64,000 nt of DNA, taken from an uncultured Holophagales bacterium. GTDB lineage: Bacteria > Acidobacteriota > Thermoanaerobaculia > Multivoradales > UBA5704. This document shows positions 9,554 to 21,390 of this stretch, in pieces. The translations under genes were made by a program, and so were the position numbers. The stretch is from NCBI GenBank assembly GCA_963842525.1, contig CAWJGT010000019.1, forward strand, positions 320,001 to 384,000, given 5' to 3'. Positions within the stretch are counted from its first letter, which is position 1. Each line of letters starts with the position of its first letter. The notes under the pieces are model-generated. The model was not told where the DNA came from and did no database searches. It was given only the letters and a program-made list of their open reading frames with translations.

Positions 9554-11626
9554 TCAGGGTTCTCTCCTTTCTTGCAGAAAATGGCGCAGGGCTGCGGACG
9601 TGTCGATGATCCGTCGCCGGTCCTGCTCGCGCAAGGCGCAACGCCAGGCCCGGTCGAGGCTCTCGAAGTCGCACATCTGCTCAGGGCTCAGGAAACAAAC
9701 GTCCACCACGACATGCGGGGGCGGATACTCGCGGATCACCTCGCGGGCGAAGCGCCGGTAGTCCTCGTTGCTGTCCGGCGGCGCCGAGAGCACGACGGTG
9801 ATGGTGAAGCTGTAGACGAAGGCGGGGTCCGCATTGCGGAAGCGGCCGAAGCGCAGCAGGTTGTGCTCAACGGCATGGAAGTGCTGCTGCGCATCGAAGG
9901 CGCTCATGCCGAGTTGGATCCGGCTCTTGATCTCCAGGCCGGCGACGTTGCCGCGCGAGGGACGCTCCAGATAATCGAACCCCCGGCCCCGATTGTGGGT
10001 GCTGGCGGTCAGGTGCCGCAGCAGGGCCCGCTTCGCCCGCATTGAGAAGGCTCCGCCCGTGTCGGCGTCCTCCTCGCCGCACGGGGTGAGGTCCCAAGAC
10101 GGAAGAGCGATCGAGGTCCTCGCCATAGAGCGCCAGCAGAAAATCCAGGAACCGGCTGCGCCGCGCGACGAAGGAGCCCTGGCCTTGGACGATCTCCGGC
10201 AGGCCGCGCCGGTATCCCTTCTTCGCCCCCCACGAGCAGCGGCTCGATGTTCGGCACCGCGCGGTCCAGGTATTGGATAGGAATAAGTGCTAGGAGCGTC
10301 CTCCGCGGTGGAGAAGAGGTCCCGGACGTGCGCCAGTTGGGCGAAGAAGTTTGCCATCAACTGATCGTAGACGAGCAGATAACCCTTCAGTTGCTTGGCT
10401 TGTGCCTTGCGCGCGGCCGTGGCATCACCAGCCACTCCATAGGCGTTGATGCCGTAGACGTTGGTGTATTGATTCTGGATGGAGTAGTACCGCGTGACGT
10501 CGTGGTATTTTCCTTTGGGAAAGCCGGCATACTCGACATATTCCGCGGCCAGGGGGTAGATGCGCCGCTGGTCCGCCCACAGCCTGGCGAACTCCCGCTC
10601 GACCCGCGCCGGATTCGGCTGGATCTCGATGCCGTTCCTGTACAGCTTGATGCTGAAGCTACTGCATTTTCCATTCGGCCGGGCGTCGAGCTGAAGGATG
10701 CTCCGACGCGGCACCTAAGATTATATCGTTTCCGCTGTAGGCCCGTGAGTCGTTGGCCACGGTGATCTTCACGCCACGGAGGCTGGCGACTCCCGCGCTG
10801 CGCGCGATGACCCGGACGTTGTCCTGCACCGGGATCGTCTCCGCCTTGGGTCTGAAGCTGTTGGTTCGCAATGAAACCGTTGTGAAGCAGCGGACCGTCG
10901 ACCCCCTCGGACGGGGGTACGCCTGCGTCGACGAGGCTTTTCAACGACTGGCGGCGCAACTCCGGGAGCGAGGAAATTGGCGACGTTGAAGAGGATGCCC
11001 GCGGCAGATTCGTCTTGCGGGCGGGCGTCTCCAGGATGTTCACTTCGGCCTTGACCGTGATGCGTACGGCTGCAGGACACGGATGGAACGGACATCCTCG
11101 CCCAGGTTGCGGTGGCGGCAATAGAGGCGCCGCACCTCATCGCGCTACTTCCGCTTCGGCGCTCTCCCGGCGGCGGGCACTCCGGTTCCAGCCTCTGCAT
11201 GTAGTAGCCCGAAATCCCAGAGGCCTTGAACGCAACGTTTGGAGGTGCCCGCACTTGTGGGGCGTGGGCCAGACGTTGGCGATCTCCGGAAGGCGATCCA
11301 CGATGAGCTTGCGGTAGTCGTTTTCCGTGACCGGATTGCACGGGAAGATCCGTTTGGCGGGGAACAGCGCCTGCCGCCGCGGGTCGATCTTGCCAGTGAT
11401 TGGATCGATGAGCAGATCTTCCAGCGGCAGCTCGGCGCGATAGGAGTCGGCGAGCGCATAGCAAAGCTGCTCGAGCGTGGTGACGCCCGGACCCGACCGT
11501 TGTAATCGGTCCAGACCTCGCCCGCGAGACGCTGGGACGATCCAGGTGCCTTCAGCCTTGAGAAAGGCGTAGTCGAGGCCCGGGTTCAAGGGCTCTTGCG
11601 GATTGACGGGCGACGGGTTCAGTCAT
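9554..11626 (-). CDS. eCIS baseplate protein (Afp12-like), heavily frameshifted
   Basis: Fragments GLDYAFLKAEG..PGVTTLEQLCYALAD..PVTENDYRKLIVD; YYSIQNQY..YGI..RKAQAKQLKGYLLVYDQLMANFFAQL; VEHNLLR..YSFTITVVL. Confidence 0.75.
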
Positions 11627-14600
11627 GAGAGTCCCGTTGCCGGCCCGTGAGGCGTCATGATTACATGCCCGGCAGCCGAGGTGAGGAAATACCACTCCGG
11701 CCTCACCGGGGGGTCGTACGAAAACGCGATCGATTCGAGGGCGGCCAGCGTACGGCCGGGTCTGTACGAATTCGGAGATCTCGTCCTCCGTGGCGTAGTG
11801 TCCTTCCTTTGCGGCATGCCGCGTCGTCGTACCAGGGCGAGAGGTACTGCACGAGGTCGGCGTTGAGCTTTGCGATGTCTGCGCCCGGATCGTCGTCGTT
11901 GGAAGGTCACGGTGGCGGTCACCTGGATGCGGACGTATTGGGGATTGACCACGTGGAGGCGGACGAAGGGGCTGGTCCTGGCTTCCAGATATGCCTGGAG
12001 GCGGTGGAGCAGGTCGGCCGGGGCGAGCGGTGTCGTGGGGTCCTGCACCTGCGGCTTTCCGCGCCGGGAACGACCACCACCAGCACGTCGCCGGGGGCGT
12101 TGCCGTGGACGGTGTTGCGGGCCAGGGCCTGCACCTTCCACACCTCGGGAAAGCGCTCCAGGACCAGGCGTTCGTAGTCCCAGGCGAGGATGGCGCGGTC
12201 TTTGTGGCGCAGGCGCTCGCCCAGGCGGATGTCAAGGCTGCGCCGGTCTTCCGGTGGCCGGCCGCCGAAGGACTCCATGGGTTGATCGATGGCGGCGATG
12301 CCCGCGAGGTCCTGGACCGAGGAGGTGATGGTGTGGGCCGGCAGCGGCTCGCCCGAGCTGCCGCCGCCCTGCCGGGTCGCGGTCAGCACGTGAGGATAAT
12401 GCCGGCCGTGCGAGGGAAACCCGGGTCTTGTGCCACGGCGGCGCGCAGCCACCGGAGGCCGCCGGGAAGGATGGCGTCGTTTGCAGGGTTGAAGGCCGGC
12501 AGGCTCGAGGGTAAGGATGCCGGAAGTCTCCAGCCCGTTCGTGGTGTCGGAAAGGATTTCCGCCAGCGTTAAAGGCTGCCAGGGATTGGCGGCGTCGGCA
12601 GAGAGGCAGCTCCAGGCCACGGGCGGCAGGCCCGATGCATTGCCTCCTGCCGTCATCTGGAAGAGCAGGCTAAGCTTTTGCGCCGGCGCGAGGCCCGAGA
12701 AGCCGAGGTACAGGTTTCCCGGCTCGGGCAATTGCGGCAACAGGGAGACGCCGGTCGGTGCCGGCCGAAAGCCCCCGAAGGGGAGGAGGTGGAAAAAGCG
12801 GCCGTTGGACGGCTCGCCGGCTCCGAGTGTGCAACAGGTCGAATACGTGAGGGTTACGCTTTGCGCCTGCGGCAGCCACGGCTCGTTGGGATATTTGAGC
12901 TTTTTTCGGGTTCGGCTTCGGGCAGACGTCGGGAAGGTCTTCGATCACCGCGTGGAGCACGTTGAGGGTGTAGAGGTCGTTACCGAAGGCGTAGCTCGGC
13001 TGGGTCAGCTCCAGCCGGATGGCGCTCGCGGCGGGGTCGTAATACGGCGGCACGGTATGGGTGCGGACCTCGAGGTGGTCGAAGACAGTGGCGTCGCAGA
13101 GCTTGCCGTCCGGTTCGGGAGGAGATGCGTTGCAGTCGTTCGTGCGGAAAAGATACGGTGGCTCCGAGCAGGGGGCAGCCTGGAGGGTCCAGGCACCGGG
13201 TTTCCGGATGCTCCAAACGCCGCAAAACCGGGCGTTGTTGAAGAGATCGGAGTCGTGTTTGCGGTTCAGGTCCAGGACATAGTCGCGGTACCAACCTTTG
13301 AAGCCGTCGTTGTTCGGCGGCAGGCCGAACCAGCGGACGGTGATTTTCAGGTTTTTGGGGACCTTGGCGAGAGTTCGCGTGGCGGATCTCCAGGTACGAT
13401 TCCCGGACCGGCACGGCGCCGAAGAAGGGGAAAGGCGAGCTGGGATCGATCTCGCCGTCGGTGTTGGCGAGGGCCAGCTCCGGCAGGCCGGTGACGTCGG
13501 TCCGGATCTCGAAGGACGCGGCCTTGATGCCGTCGAGGAGCGAGAGCGGATAGACCTCGGCTTTGGTACCGTTCGAGCGGGTGAGCGTGACCGGCTGCTG
13601 GCGCAGCCAAGCCGCGAAGGTCGGCAGGGCCGGATCAGGGTTCGTTCCTGCGAGCGCGGGGTCTTCCGGCGCGAAGGGCACGATGGACGGCACGGCGGCC
13701 GGCAGATCGAAGGCGAGCGTGAATCCGTCCCAGGACTCGGGCGTGAGGACCTCGTAGTCGTCGAGCCGGAACCAGCCGGCGGCGGTGGAGAGATCGATCG
13801 CGAAGGCTCCCTTCAGGACGTCCCGGAAAGCCTGGGCCGTAGCGGAGTCGTCGGTGTCCAGCAGGAGCCGGAGCGTCTCTTTCGCGGCCTCGGTGTCGCC
13901 CACGACGGTGATCTTGACGTGGCGCTCGCCGCCGGTCAGCAGCAGGTACTCGGAGGCGAGGGCGAAGCCCAGCGCGGCAGGCTCGGCCCCGGCCGCCGTG
14001 CCTCCGAAGGTGGGCCAGGGCTCGCCGCCCGGCACGATCTCGGCAGTGAGGATCTGGCGGTTCACAATGGCGCCGTCCGGCGAGCCGGGGAGGAGAGGGT
14101 CCGAGAGCACGCGCAGGGCGCGAATCCGGTCGAGGCGAGCGGCGGTGACGGTGAGGCCGCGGTCCGCGGCGTAGAGGACGTCGTTGCCGCCGGCGTCCTG
14201 GCCGGCCGGAAAGAGAGTGCCCTGGGGGACGTTGGCCCGTGTTTCGTCTTCGGCCACGTAAAGGTCAGGTAGACGTTGTCGGGGATGCCGGCAGGCGGCG
14301 CGCTCGGAGGACGTCGTCATAGTAGAAGCGGAGAAAGCGGGAGGAGAGGGTGTTGATCCACCTGTGCCGTGCGGAAGATCGGCGAAGGCGATGTAGAGCG
14401 CGATCTGCGGCTTGTGCCAGCCTTCGGCGAGCGTGGCGGGGACGGCCGTCCGGGCGAAGGATTGGAAGTCCGCGCTGCCGTCGAGCAGGGTGTGGAAGAG
14501 CGCCGTGACTGCGGTAGGGCGTGATCGATCCTGCGGTTGCCGGTGGCGCCGGATAGATCGAGCTGTCCGGGCCGACGAAATCGAGGTCCCAGAGGGGCAG

Positions 14601-15166
14601 GAAGCCGCAGTAGTCGAGACCGATCGGCTGTCCCAGGGCCGCCGGCCGGGCGGCCCCCAGGTCAAAGCCTTGAGCCGGCGCAGGGCCTGGCCGAGGCCGC
14701 CAACGCCGCCAGTTATTGTTGCTTCCATCTCCTGGAGAGCGTTCTGCGCCGCCTCGCTGTGCGGCGAGCAGGCGAGCGCGCGCAGCCAGCCGTCGCTCTG
14801 CCGGGCGAGCGCGAGCACGGCGGCGAAGACCTCCCGCAGCAGCGAGAATTTGCGCTCGAACGAGCGCTCGGCCGCCGTCTCCCGCACGAGCGCGGCGAAA
14901 GCGGCTTCGCGGCCCGCAAAGTCCGCGGCGCCGATCGAGGCGAGGACCATGGTGGGATCGGCAAGAAAGAATTCGACCCAATCGCCGTCCGGCTGGTCGC
15001 GCAAGTCGTAGAACTGGACCAGGCGGCCGAACCGGACAGCGAAGTCGAGCAGCTCGGCAAGAGATCGGCCGTCCACCTGCGCCCAGGCGGCGTCGAGCGC
15101 GCGGCGCCAGCGGTCATGCTGGCTCGGGGCGCTGTTGAGGACGATCTTGCCGGCGTGCGGGTCCAT
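11623..15166 (-). CDS. eCIS baseplate J-like protein (Afp11-like), heavily frameshifted
   Basis: DGRSLAELLDF..DGDWVEFF, HKPQIALYIAF, GFALASEYLLLTGGER, GNLYLGF..LSLLFQM, SFGGRPPE..RLGERLRHKDRAILAWDYERLVLERFP. Confidence 0.85.
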
Positions 15167-15171
15167 GAGCG

Positions 15172-15596
15172 TCAGCCTTCCTGCGCGACCAGGGTTCCTT
15201 CCTGGAGATAAAAGGGATACACGAGGTTGCTCCGCGCATTAGTCCGGCGGACGGTGTACGAGATGGAGATGAGGACAAGCCCGGCGGTGGTGGCGTCGAG
15301 GTCACGTCGACCTCGCCGAGGTCGACGCGCGGCTCCCAGTCGACGATCGCCTGGCGGACGGCCTCGGCCACCTGGGTTTTGAAGCCGGTGGTGACGTTGC
15401 GAAAAACGAGCTGCCAGATCGCGCAGCCGTACTGCGGCAGCATGATGCGCTCGCCCAGCGCCGTCGACAGCAGGATCCAGAGGCTCTGCCGGACGTCCAC
15501 GTCGTCGCTCGCCATCTCGACGCTCGCCGCGGGGCGCGAGAAGGTGGGCGGGAAGGCCCAGCCGGTGCCGAGGATCGATCGATCGAGAAGTTTCAT
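15172..15596 (-). CDS. GPW/gp25 baseplate wedge protein (Afp9-like), one frameshift
   Basis: ILGTGWAFPPTF..DVRQSLWILLSTALGERIMLPQYGC..WEPRV, continuing in the other frame as YTVRRTNARSNLVYPFYLQEG. Confidence 0.9.
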
Positions 15597-15601
15597 CGCG
15601 T

Positions 15602-15901
15602 TCAACCGCCGATCATCACGAGAGGAAAACCGAGCAGGATGGTGCTGCCGTGCGCGGTCTTGTCGCCCATGCGCGCGGCCGGCAGGCCCATGATCTTCAC
15701 CGTGGACGAGCCCTTGATGACGGCGTCCGGCGGACCGATACAGATGGCGAGGTCGCCCACCTTGGCGGCCGGCAGGCCACCGATCAGGACGGTCGGCGCA
15801 CCGGGGCCGACGATGGGCCCGCCCACGTGCGGGATGGGCGGCACGGCCGGGGTCGACAGCGGGCACTGGTGAAAATCGGTGATGCGGGCGGCGGGTGGCA
15901 T
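15602..15901 (-). CDS. PAAR spike-tip protein (Afp10-like)
   Basis: PAARITDFHQCP..PHVGGPI..PAAKVGD..PAARMGDKTAHG. Confidence 0.95.
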   Translation of the reverse strand: MPPAARITDFHQCPLSTPAVPPIPHVGGPIVGPGAPTVLIGGLPAAKVGDLAICIGPPDAVIKGSSTVKIMGLPAARMGDKTAHGSTILLGFPLVMIGG

Positions 15902-15921
15902 GGGAACCTCCATTGTCTCCA

Positions 15922-17721
15922 TCAGTTGATCTTGACCAGAGCGCCCTTGACGGTGAGCAGCCCCGAGGCGCTGAGCTCCGCCATGCCGCTCGCCTTGGCC
16001 ACAAACTGTCCCTTGGCCTTGTGCTCGATCTGCAACCCTTCCATCGAGGCCTTGGCCTTGGCAATGGCGGCGAGGTTGGCGCCGGCCTCGATCTTGACGT
16101 TGCCTTTGGCCTTGAGCGTCAGGTTCGAGCCGCTCTCCAGGACGATCCCGCTCTTCGACAGCACGACGCTGTTCTTGTTCTTGTCGCGGATCGCGACCTC
16201 GCCTGTCTTGTCGTTGAGGGTGATCGTCTGCTTGCCGGGCGTCCTGATCTCCAGGACCTTGTCCTTGTCATCGAAGGTGATCTCGAGCTTCCCCTTGGTG
16301 ACGATGGCTTTCTTGCCGTTTTTCTCGTCGGGCGGATAGGGTGGCGCGAGCTTCTTGCTGTAGACACTGCCCAGAATCACGGCGTAGCGCGGGTCCTGGT
16401 TCATGAAGCCGACGATCACCTCATCGCCGGTTTCGGGGAAGAAGACCGCGCCGCTCTGGTTCGAGGCGTAGAACGTGCCGAGGCGCGCCCAGACACCCTT
16501 TGCGTCATCCTGGAGCAGCGGCAGGGAGACCAGCACGCGGAATTCGCCTTCCGGGTCTTTGGCAATCTTTTTGACGATCCCCGTCTGCAGGCCCTTGACC
16601 GGCGGGAGCTGGCCCGAGGCGTCGGGCGCCGCGATGCCCGGCGTCTCGCTCGCGAACCACTGCGCCGACAGGCCGAAGTCCGCGGTGGTGAGCCATTCGC
16701 CGTTCCGGATGTTGTGCTGCACACAGCTGATCCAGGCTTTGCCTTGGAAATGCGGGCCGAGGCCTGCGAGCTCGAGGGTCTTGCCCGGCTGCGCGAGCGC
16801 GCTGCCCTGGAAGCGTACGAAGCCGCGGATCTTCGACAGCTTCGCCTTGAGGAGCTCCGCCGCGGACCAGTCCTGGAGCGCGGTCTTCGCAATCGAGCCG
16901 CCGGTCTGCTGATTGAGCTTCTTGACCTTGAACACCTTGGCCAGCTCGTCCGACGTCACGTCGCCCGTCTCGTCGATGCTCACTGTGCCGGGACCGGCTT
17001 CGATCAGCTTTTGCGCGGCGACGTCCCAGGTGTAGCTCTTGATGGCCGAGGGCGCGAGCTGGGTCGAGGCGTCCATCTCGGCCTCCAGGTCGTAGATCGA
17101 ATCGCCGTACGTGACCAGCAACGCGGCCTTCTGGCGGGTGTCCGGCTCCTTGACCGTCACCTTGCCGTTGCTCACGATCACCACCAGGCCGTTCATCTCT
17201 GCGCGCGTCAGCATCAGGTCCCAGTCGCTGGCGTAGTACTGGACGACGGTCTCCTGCACGGTCTTGGTGGCCGCCACGTCTTTGGCGAGGCCGTTGGCGG
17301 CGATCAGCTTGCCAATCAGATCGCCGTCCTTGATCTTTTCGAACAGGGCGTTCTTGCGTTCCAGGGTCATTCTGATCGCCTCGTCGGTGACTTCGACGAT
17401 CAGCTTCGAGCCCTCGGTGCGGTCGATCTCGACCCCCTGCTTGACGATCACGCCTTGGAAGATCACGCTCTCCTTCTGGTTGTAGCCGGCGGCGATCGAA
17501 ACCTTGGCGCCTGGCAGGAACGTCTTGAGCCCGCTGATCGGGAAATTGCTCTCGGCGGCGTCGCCGTCGAACAGGACGAAGCGCGCTTTCGGAACCTTGT
17601 TGACGTGGCTCCACGTATCGATGGAGATCACCTGGTAGCTGCTCTGGATCGGCTTGCCGTCTACCGTGACGGTGAAGCTGGTGAGCGGCGTGTCACCGGC
17701 GAGGGGGGAGGGAGGGGTCAT
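15922..17721 (-). CDS. VgrG-like central spike (Afp8-like)
   Basis: gp27-like N-terminus (VQYYASDWDLMLTRAE), OB-fold DPEGEFRVLV..WARL..FFPETGDEVIVGF..DPRYAVILGSVY, beta-helix C-terminus. Confidence 0.95.
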   Translation of the reverse strand: MTPPSPLAGDTPLTSFTVTVDGKPIQSSYQVISIDTWSHVNKVPKARFVLFDGDAAESNFPISGLKTFLPGAKVSIAAGYNQKESVIFQGVIVKQGVEIDRTEGSKLIVEVTDEAIRMTLERKNALFEKIKDGDLIGKLIAANGLAKDVAATKTVQETVVQYYASDWDLMLTRAEMNGLVVIVSNGKVTVKEPDTRQKAALLVTYGDSIYDLEAEMDASTQLAPSAIKSYTWDVAAQKLIEAGPGTVSIDETGDVTSDELAKVFKVKKLNQQTGGSIAKTALQDWSAAELLKAKLSKIRGFVRFQGSALAQPGKTLELAGLGPHFQGKAWISCVQHNIRNGEWLTTADFGLSAQWFASETPGIAAPDASGQLPPVKGLQTGIVKKIAKDPEGEFRVLVSLPLLQDDAKGVWARLGTFYASNQSGAVFFPETGDEVIVGFMNQDPRYAVILGSVYSKKLAPPYPPDEKNGKKAIVTKGKLEITFDDKDKVLEIRTPGKQTITLNDKTGEVAIRDKNKNSVVLSKSGIVLESGSNLTLKAKGNVKIEAGANLAAIAKAKASMEGLQIEHKAKGQFVAKASGMAELSASGLLTVKGALVKIN

Positions 17722-18419
17722 GCCGGCTCCTCACCGAGCGGCGGGAAAAGGAGCTCGGAGCCCACGGTGAGCTGCCGGAAATCGTTGAGGCCGTTGATGC
17801 GCGCAACCTGGGGGTAGAAGGCGCTGCTGCCATAGATGCCGTAGCACAGGAGCGGCAGCGTGTCTCCGGCCTTGACGGTCACTACATGGGAGAGGTCGGG
17901 CGAGGTCTTGTTGGCCTTTTTGGCCAGCTCGGTCTCGTCGGTGTATTCGAGGAAGGCGGCGTCAGCCCGCGCACGCAGGGGCGTGCCGTCGGGCTTGAAC
18001 AGGGTGTAGGTGACGGCGAGCTTGGTAAGCCGGCAGCGGAAAGTGAACGTACCCCACAGCAGGCGCAGGAATTTCGGGCTGTGGATCTTGCCGGAGTAAT
18101 CGAACACCACGGCTTCGAACGCCGCGATCTGCCGGGTAATCCCGTGTTCGCCATAGGGGACGACTCCAGGCAGCGGGCTCGGCACCACGCCGGTGCCGTC
18201 GAACACCAGCTCGAGGTGGACCACCCGGGACTTCATCTTGTTGAACTTGGGCGAGCCGCCAGGGCTGCCCTGCGCCTGCACGTCGTTGTAACAGATCCTG
18301 TAGGTCCGGGTGTACTTCTCCGGATTGATCATCACCGCATACTCGCCCAGGGCCTTCTTGAAATCGCCCTTTTCGTAGGCGGTGATGACCATCTTCTCGA
18401 GGCTGCCGGAAAAACCCAT
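17718..18419 (-). CDS. CIS tube-initiator protein with LysM (Afp7-like)
   Basis: LEKMVITAY..MINPEKY..L.FDGTG..YTLFKPDGTPLRA; C-terminal LysM VKAGDTLPLLCYGIYG..VARINGL. Confidence 0.9.
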   Translation of the reverse strand: MGFSGSLEKMVITAYEKGDFKKALGEYAVMINPEKYTRTYRICYNDVQAQGSPGGSPKFNKMKSRVVHLELVFDGTGVVPSPLPGVVPYGEHGITRQIAAFEAVVFDYSGKIHSPKFLRLLWGTFTFRCRLTKLAVTYTLFKPDGTPLRARADAAFLEYTDETELAKKANKTSPDLSHVVTVKAGDTLPLLCYGIYGSSAFYPQVARINGLNDFRQLTVGSELLFPPLGEEPA

Positions 18420-18421
18420 TG

Positions 18422-18610
18422 TCATCTCCCTCGCTGGTTCCGCAGAGCCTTGAGGACACGCTTGACGCACTCGTCCACGATCTCCTCGCGGTCGAGCTCG
18501 CCGTCGCCGCACCTCTCGGTGGACTCTTCCTCGCGTTTCTCCTTTTTCTCCTCCGCCTCCGCGTCGCTCACCCGCATGTGGATGCCGATCTCGCTGACTT
18601 CCAGTGCCAT
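18422..18610 (-). CDS. Small Afp6-like (DUF5908-like) CIS protein
   Basis: MALEVSEIGIHMRV...REEIVDECVKRVLKAL, in the syntenic position between tube and Afp7. Confidence 0.8.
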   Translation of the reverse strand: MALEVSEIGIHMRVSDAEAEEKKEKREEESTERCGDGELDREEIVDECVKRVLKALRNQRGR

Positions 18611-18627
18611 CGCCGCGCTCCTTTCCT

Positions 18628-19158
18628 TCAGACCAGCCGCGCCGCGGCCTGGGCCAGCCTGGTGGCGGCCGCAAGGCCGCTGCCGAGGTTGAACCGCTCA
18701 AAATAGTTGTAGGCGAGCTCCAGCGTCTCGACCAGGATCTCATTGCGCTGCGAGTCGAGCGCTCCCACCTCCCAGCGCACCGGCCAGGCGTTGACGAACA
18801 TCCAGGCCATGGCCGGCAGGCCGTCCGGCTTGAGCAGGGTCACCAGCAGGTTCTGGGTGATGATCGGTAAAGACATGCTAGAGCCGACCGTCTGCCCGAA
18901 CCATTCGGCGAGAACCGAATCCTTGGTGACCACGCCTCGCTTGAGCACCAGGTTTGAATATCTGGCCGGCAGAGGGAGGCGATGCACGAAACGGTTCTCG
19001 CCTCCCTCTGCCACCTCCTCCACGCCGAATTCGGCCTTGATGCCGGTGACCTCCTGGAAGCTGGCGTCGATGCCGGTGAGCATGGACAGAGCCGTCCCCG
19101 AACCGAGGATATTCACGGTGAAGTTAAACGCTGCGGGGGGGTAGTACTCGGCCGCCAT
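18628..19158 (-). CDS. Phage tail-tube family protein (Afp5-like)
   Basis: YYPPAAFNFTV..DASFQEVTG..EGGENRFVHRLP..NLVLKRG..NAWPVRW..ILVETLELAY. Confidence 0.95.
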   Translation of the reverse strand: MAAEYYPPAAFNFTVNILGSGTALSMLTGIDASFQEVTGIKAEFGVEEVAEGGENRFVHRLPLPARYSNLVLKRGVVTKDSVLAEWFGQTVGSSMSLPIITQNLLVTLLKPDGLPAMAWMFVNAWPVRWEVGALDSQRNEILVETLELAYNYFERFNLGSGLAAATRLAQAAARLV

Positions 19159-19170
19159 CGTCGTGCTCCG

Positions 19171-19626
19171 CTAGGGTGCGGCCACCGTCAGGGTTTCGTA
19201 GGCGACCTCCACCGACTCGACGGCGACCTCGTTGCCTTCGCTCTTCAGATCGGTGCCGGTGATCTTGGTCGGCCAGGCGTTGTTGAGCGTCCACGTCCGT
19301 TTCGGCTCGCCGTTCTCGTCCAGCAGGTTGATCACCACCGTGCGGCGCGCGATGGTGTTCATCTTGATCTCGTTGTACCAGGCCCAGAACGCGTTGTCGT
19401 TGACGAAGATACCCCGCCGCATGGTCACGTTGCCGACCTTGCCCAGCCCCGGCATCTTGATCGGATAGTAAATGGGACTGTTGCCGTGCCGGTACTCGAT
19501 GACCTGGGTCTCGCTGTCCAGGCCGTCGACCTCCTGGAAGTTGACGGTCGCCTGGTCGTCTCCGAGCTGCACCGCGAAATGGAACTTGGGTAACGGCCAG
19601 ATTGCGTCCTGCTTTTCACCTGCCAT
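19171..19626 (-). CDS. Major tail-tube protein (Afp1-like), copy 2
   Basis: WPLPKFHF..FQEVDGL..IEYRHG..KMPGL..NVTMRRG..NAWPTKITGTDLKSEGNEVAVE; GGAGG RBS. Confidence 0.95.
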   Translation of the reverse strand: MAGEKQDAIWPLPKFHFAVQLGDDQATVNFQEVDGLDSETQVIEYRHGNSPIYYPIKMPGLGKVGNVTMRRGIFVNDNAFWAWYNEIKMNTIARRTVVINLLDENGEPKRTWTLNNAWPTKITGTDLKSEGNEVAVESVEVAYETLTVAAP

Positions 19627-19667
19627 AATGCCTCCGTTCGGGTGAGAAATTGGGGTTCTCAGGGTTC

Positions 19668-21347
19668 TCAGGCGACGCCTTCCATTTTCTGGATGAACGA
19701 CAGCTCGATGAACTCGGCGGGACGGATCATCTGCAGCGTGACCTGGACGATCATGTAGCCGTCGAGGACGTGCTGCCCGGTCATGGTGCTGCCGAGGCCG
19801 CACTCCACGCCGAACGCCTCGGACGCGGTGGCTCCCATGAGGCCGCCTTGCGACCAGAGGCCTTTCAAGAAGCCGGAGACCATGGACACCACGTTGGTCC
19901 AGGTGTTGCCGTCGTTGGGAGCGAACACGAACTGGTTGATCGCCGCCTTGATCGACTGCTCGATGTAGATGAGCGTGCGCCGGACCTGGATGTAGCGGTA
20001 ATCGTTGCTGTTGCCGTCCAGGGTGCGGGCACCCAGACCACGGTGCCGCGGCCGGGGAACTCGCGCAGGGCGTTGACGGCCTTGCCGTCCACCGGCATGT
20101 TGAGATCTTCCTGCAGTTTGTAGTTCAGCTTGAAGGTCGGCGACTCGACGGCGCGCAGGTTGACGTTGGCCGGCGCATTCCAGACGCCCCGGCTCTCGTC
20201 GGTGGCGGTGTACACCCCCGCCATGGCGGCGCTGGCCGGCAGCACGTTGTTCTTGCGGGCCACGAGGGACTCGATCTCGGTCAGGAGCGGCAGGGCGGCG
20301 GTGAGGTCCTGGTTGAGCTTTGCGTCGTCAATCCCGGATTTGCCGATGTTGTCGATGTCTTGCTGGACCTTGCCCGCCCGCCCGCCCCGCCTCATACAGC
20401 ATCTTCCGCTGCCATGTCAGAACCTCCTTCAGGTTTTGGAAGGGATCGAGGGACGGAGGGTCGACAGTGATTTCGCCGGGACGAGTCGGGACGGGTGGGG
20501 TGACGGCAGCGAGGGCGGCGGCGACAGCAGCGGCGCAGGGGTCGGAAGAGGCGGCGGCGAATTCTACGCCGCCACCGTTGGCGGACGACAACACGCCGGA
20601 GGTCCGCACGTTGGTGTAGGAGACGTCCCTGACTGGAAACACCGTAGCCTGGACGAAGGGAAAGTAGACCATCCCATAGCTGAGGTGGCCGTTGCCGACA
20701 TTCTTCCTCAGATCCTCGATCACTGGCAGCGGCTCGGCACTGGTCTTGACGTTTTGAGCACCGTAGACGTCGAGGAGGGCGACCCGGTCCTGCAGCTCGG
20801 CGCATTGATCGAGCGCCTTTTTGGCCACGTCGTAGTAGTCTGTGTCCGGAGCCAGGTTGACGGCGTCGGGGATGACGATCATCGTGGGGCCGGACTGCTC
20901 CCGGAGGACGTCCAGACCGGTCTCCAGTTCTCTCTTGGCGACCGCGGCCGCCGAACCCTCGCCCGGCCCGTAGCAGCCCACCGAGACGACGTAGCAGCTG
21001 CCGCCGCCGTTGTCGTAGAACAGCCGCATGCTGTCGTAGAGGTTGAAGGGAAGGCTGCTCCTCTCGAGCTTGTAGTACGTGTCGGCTTTGAAGTCGTAAT
21101 CCGCCTCGGTGGCCGCCTTGATGGCATACAGCGGCTTGATGCCCTTGCCGAAGATCTGGTCATATTCCGCCAGCGAGCTTATGGGGATGGCCTTGTTGAA
21201 GACCGGCTTGCCGTTGATCGTCGCTTTCTCCGTATAGCCGATGAAGCCGGGGACCGCGGTCGCCACGCCGATCACTGTCGGCGGAAAGGCCGAAAGCTCC
21301 TTGACGTAGACGCCGGGGGTCTTGTAAGGGGGGTTACTCACAGGCAC
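19668..21347 (-). CDS. Contractile tail-sheath protein, copy 2 (frameshifts near 20390 and 20030)
   Basis: YKTPGVYVKE..TAVPGFIGYT; GVWNAPAN; FAPNDGNTW..RPAEFI. Confidence 0.9.
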
Positions 21348-21390
21348 CTCACTTTCATGTTTGAAGGTTTGACAGGTCCGGCGTCCACCG

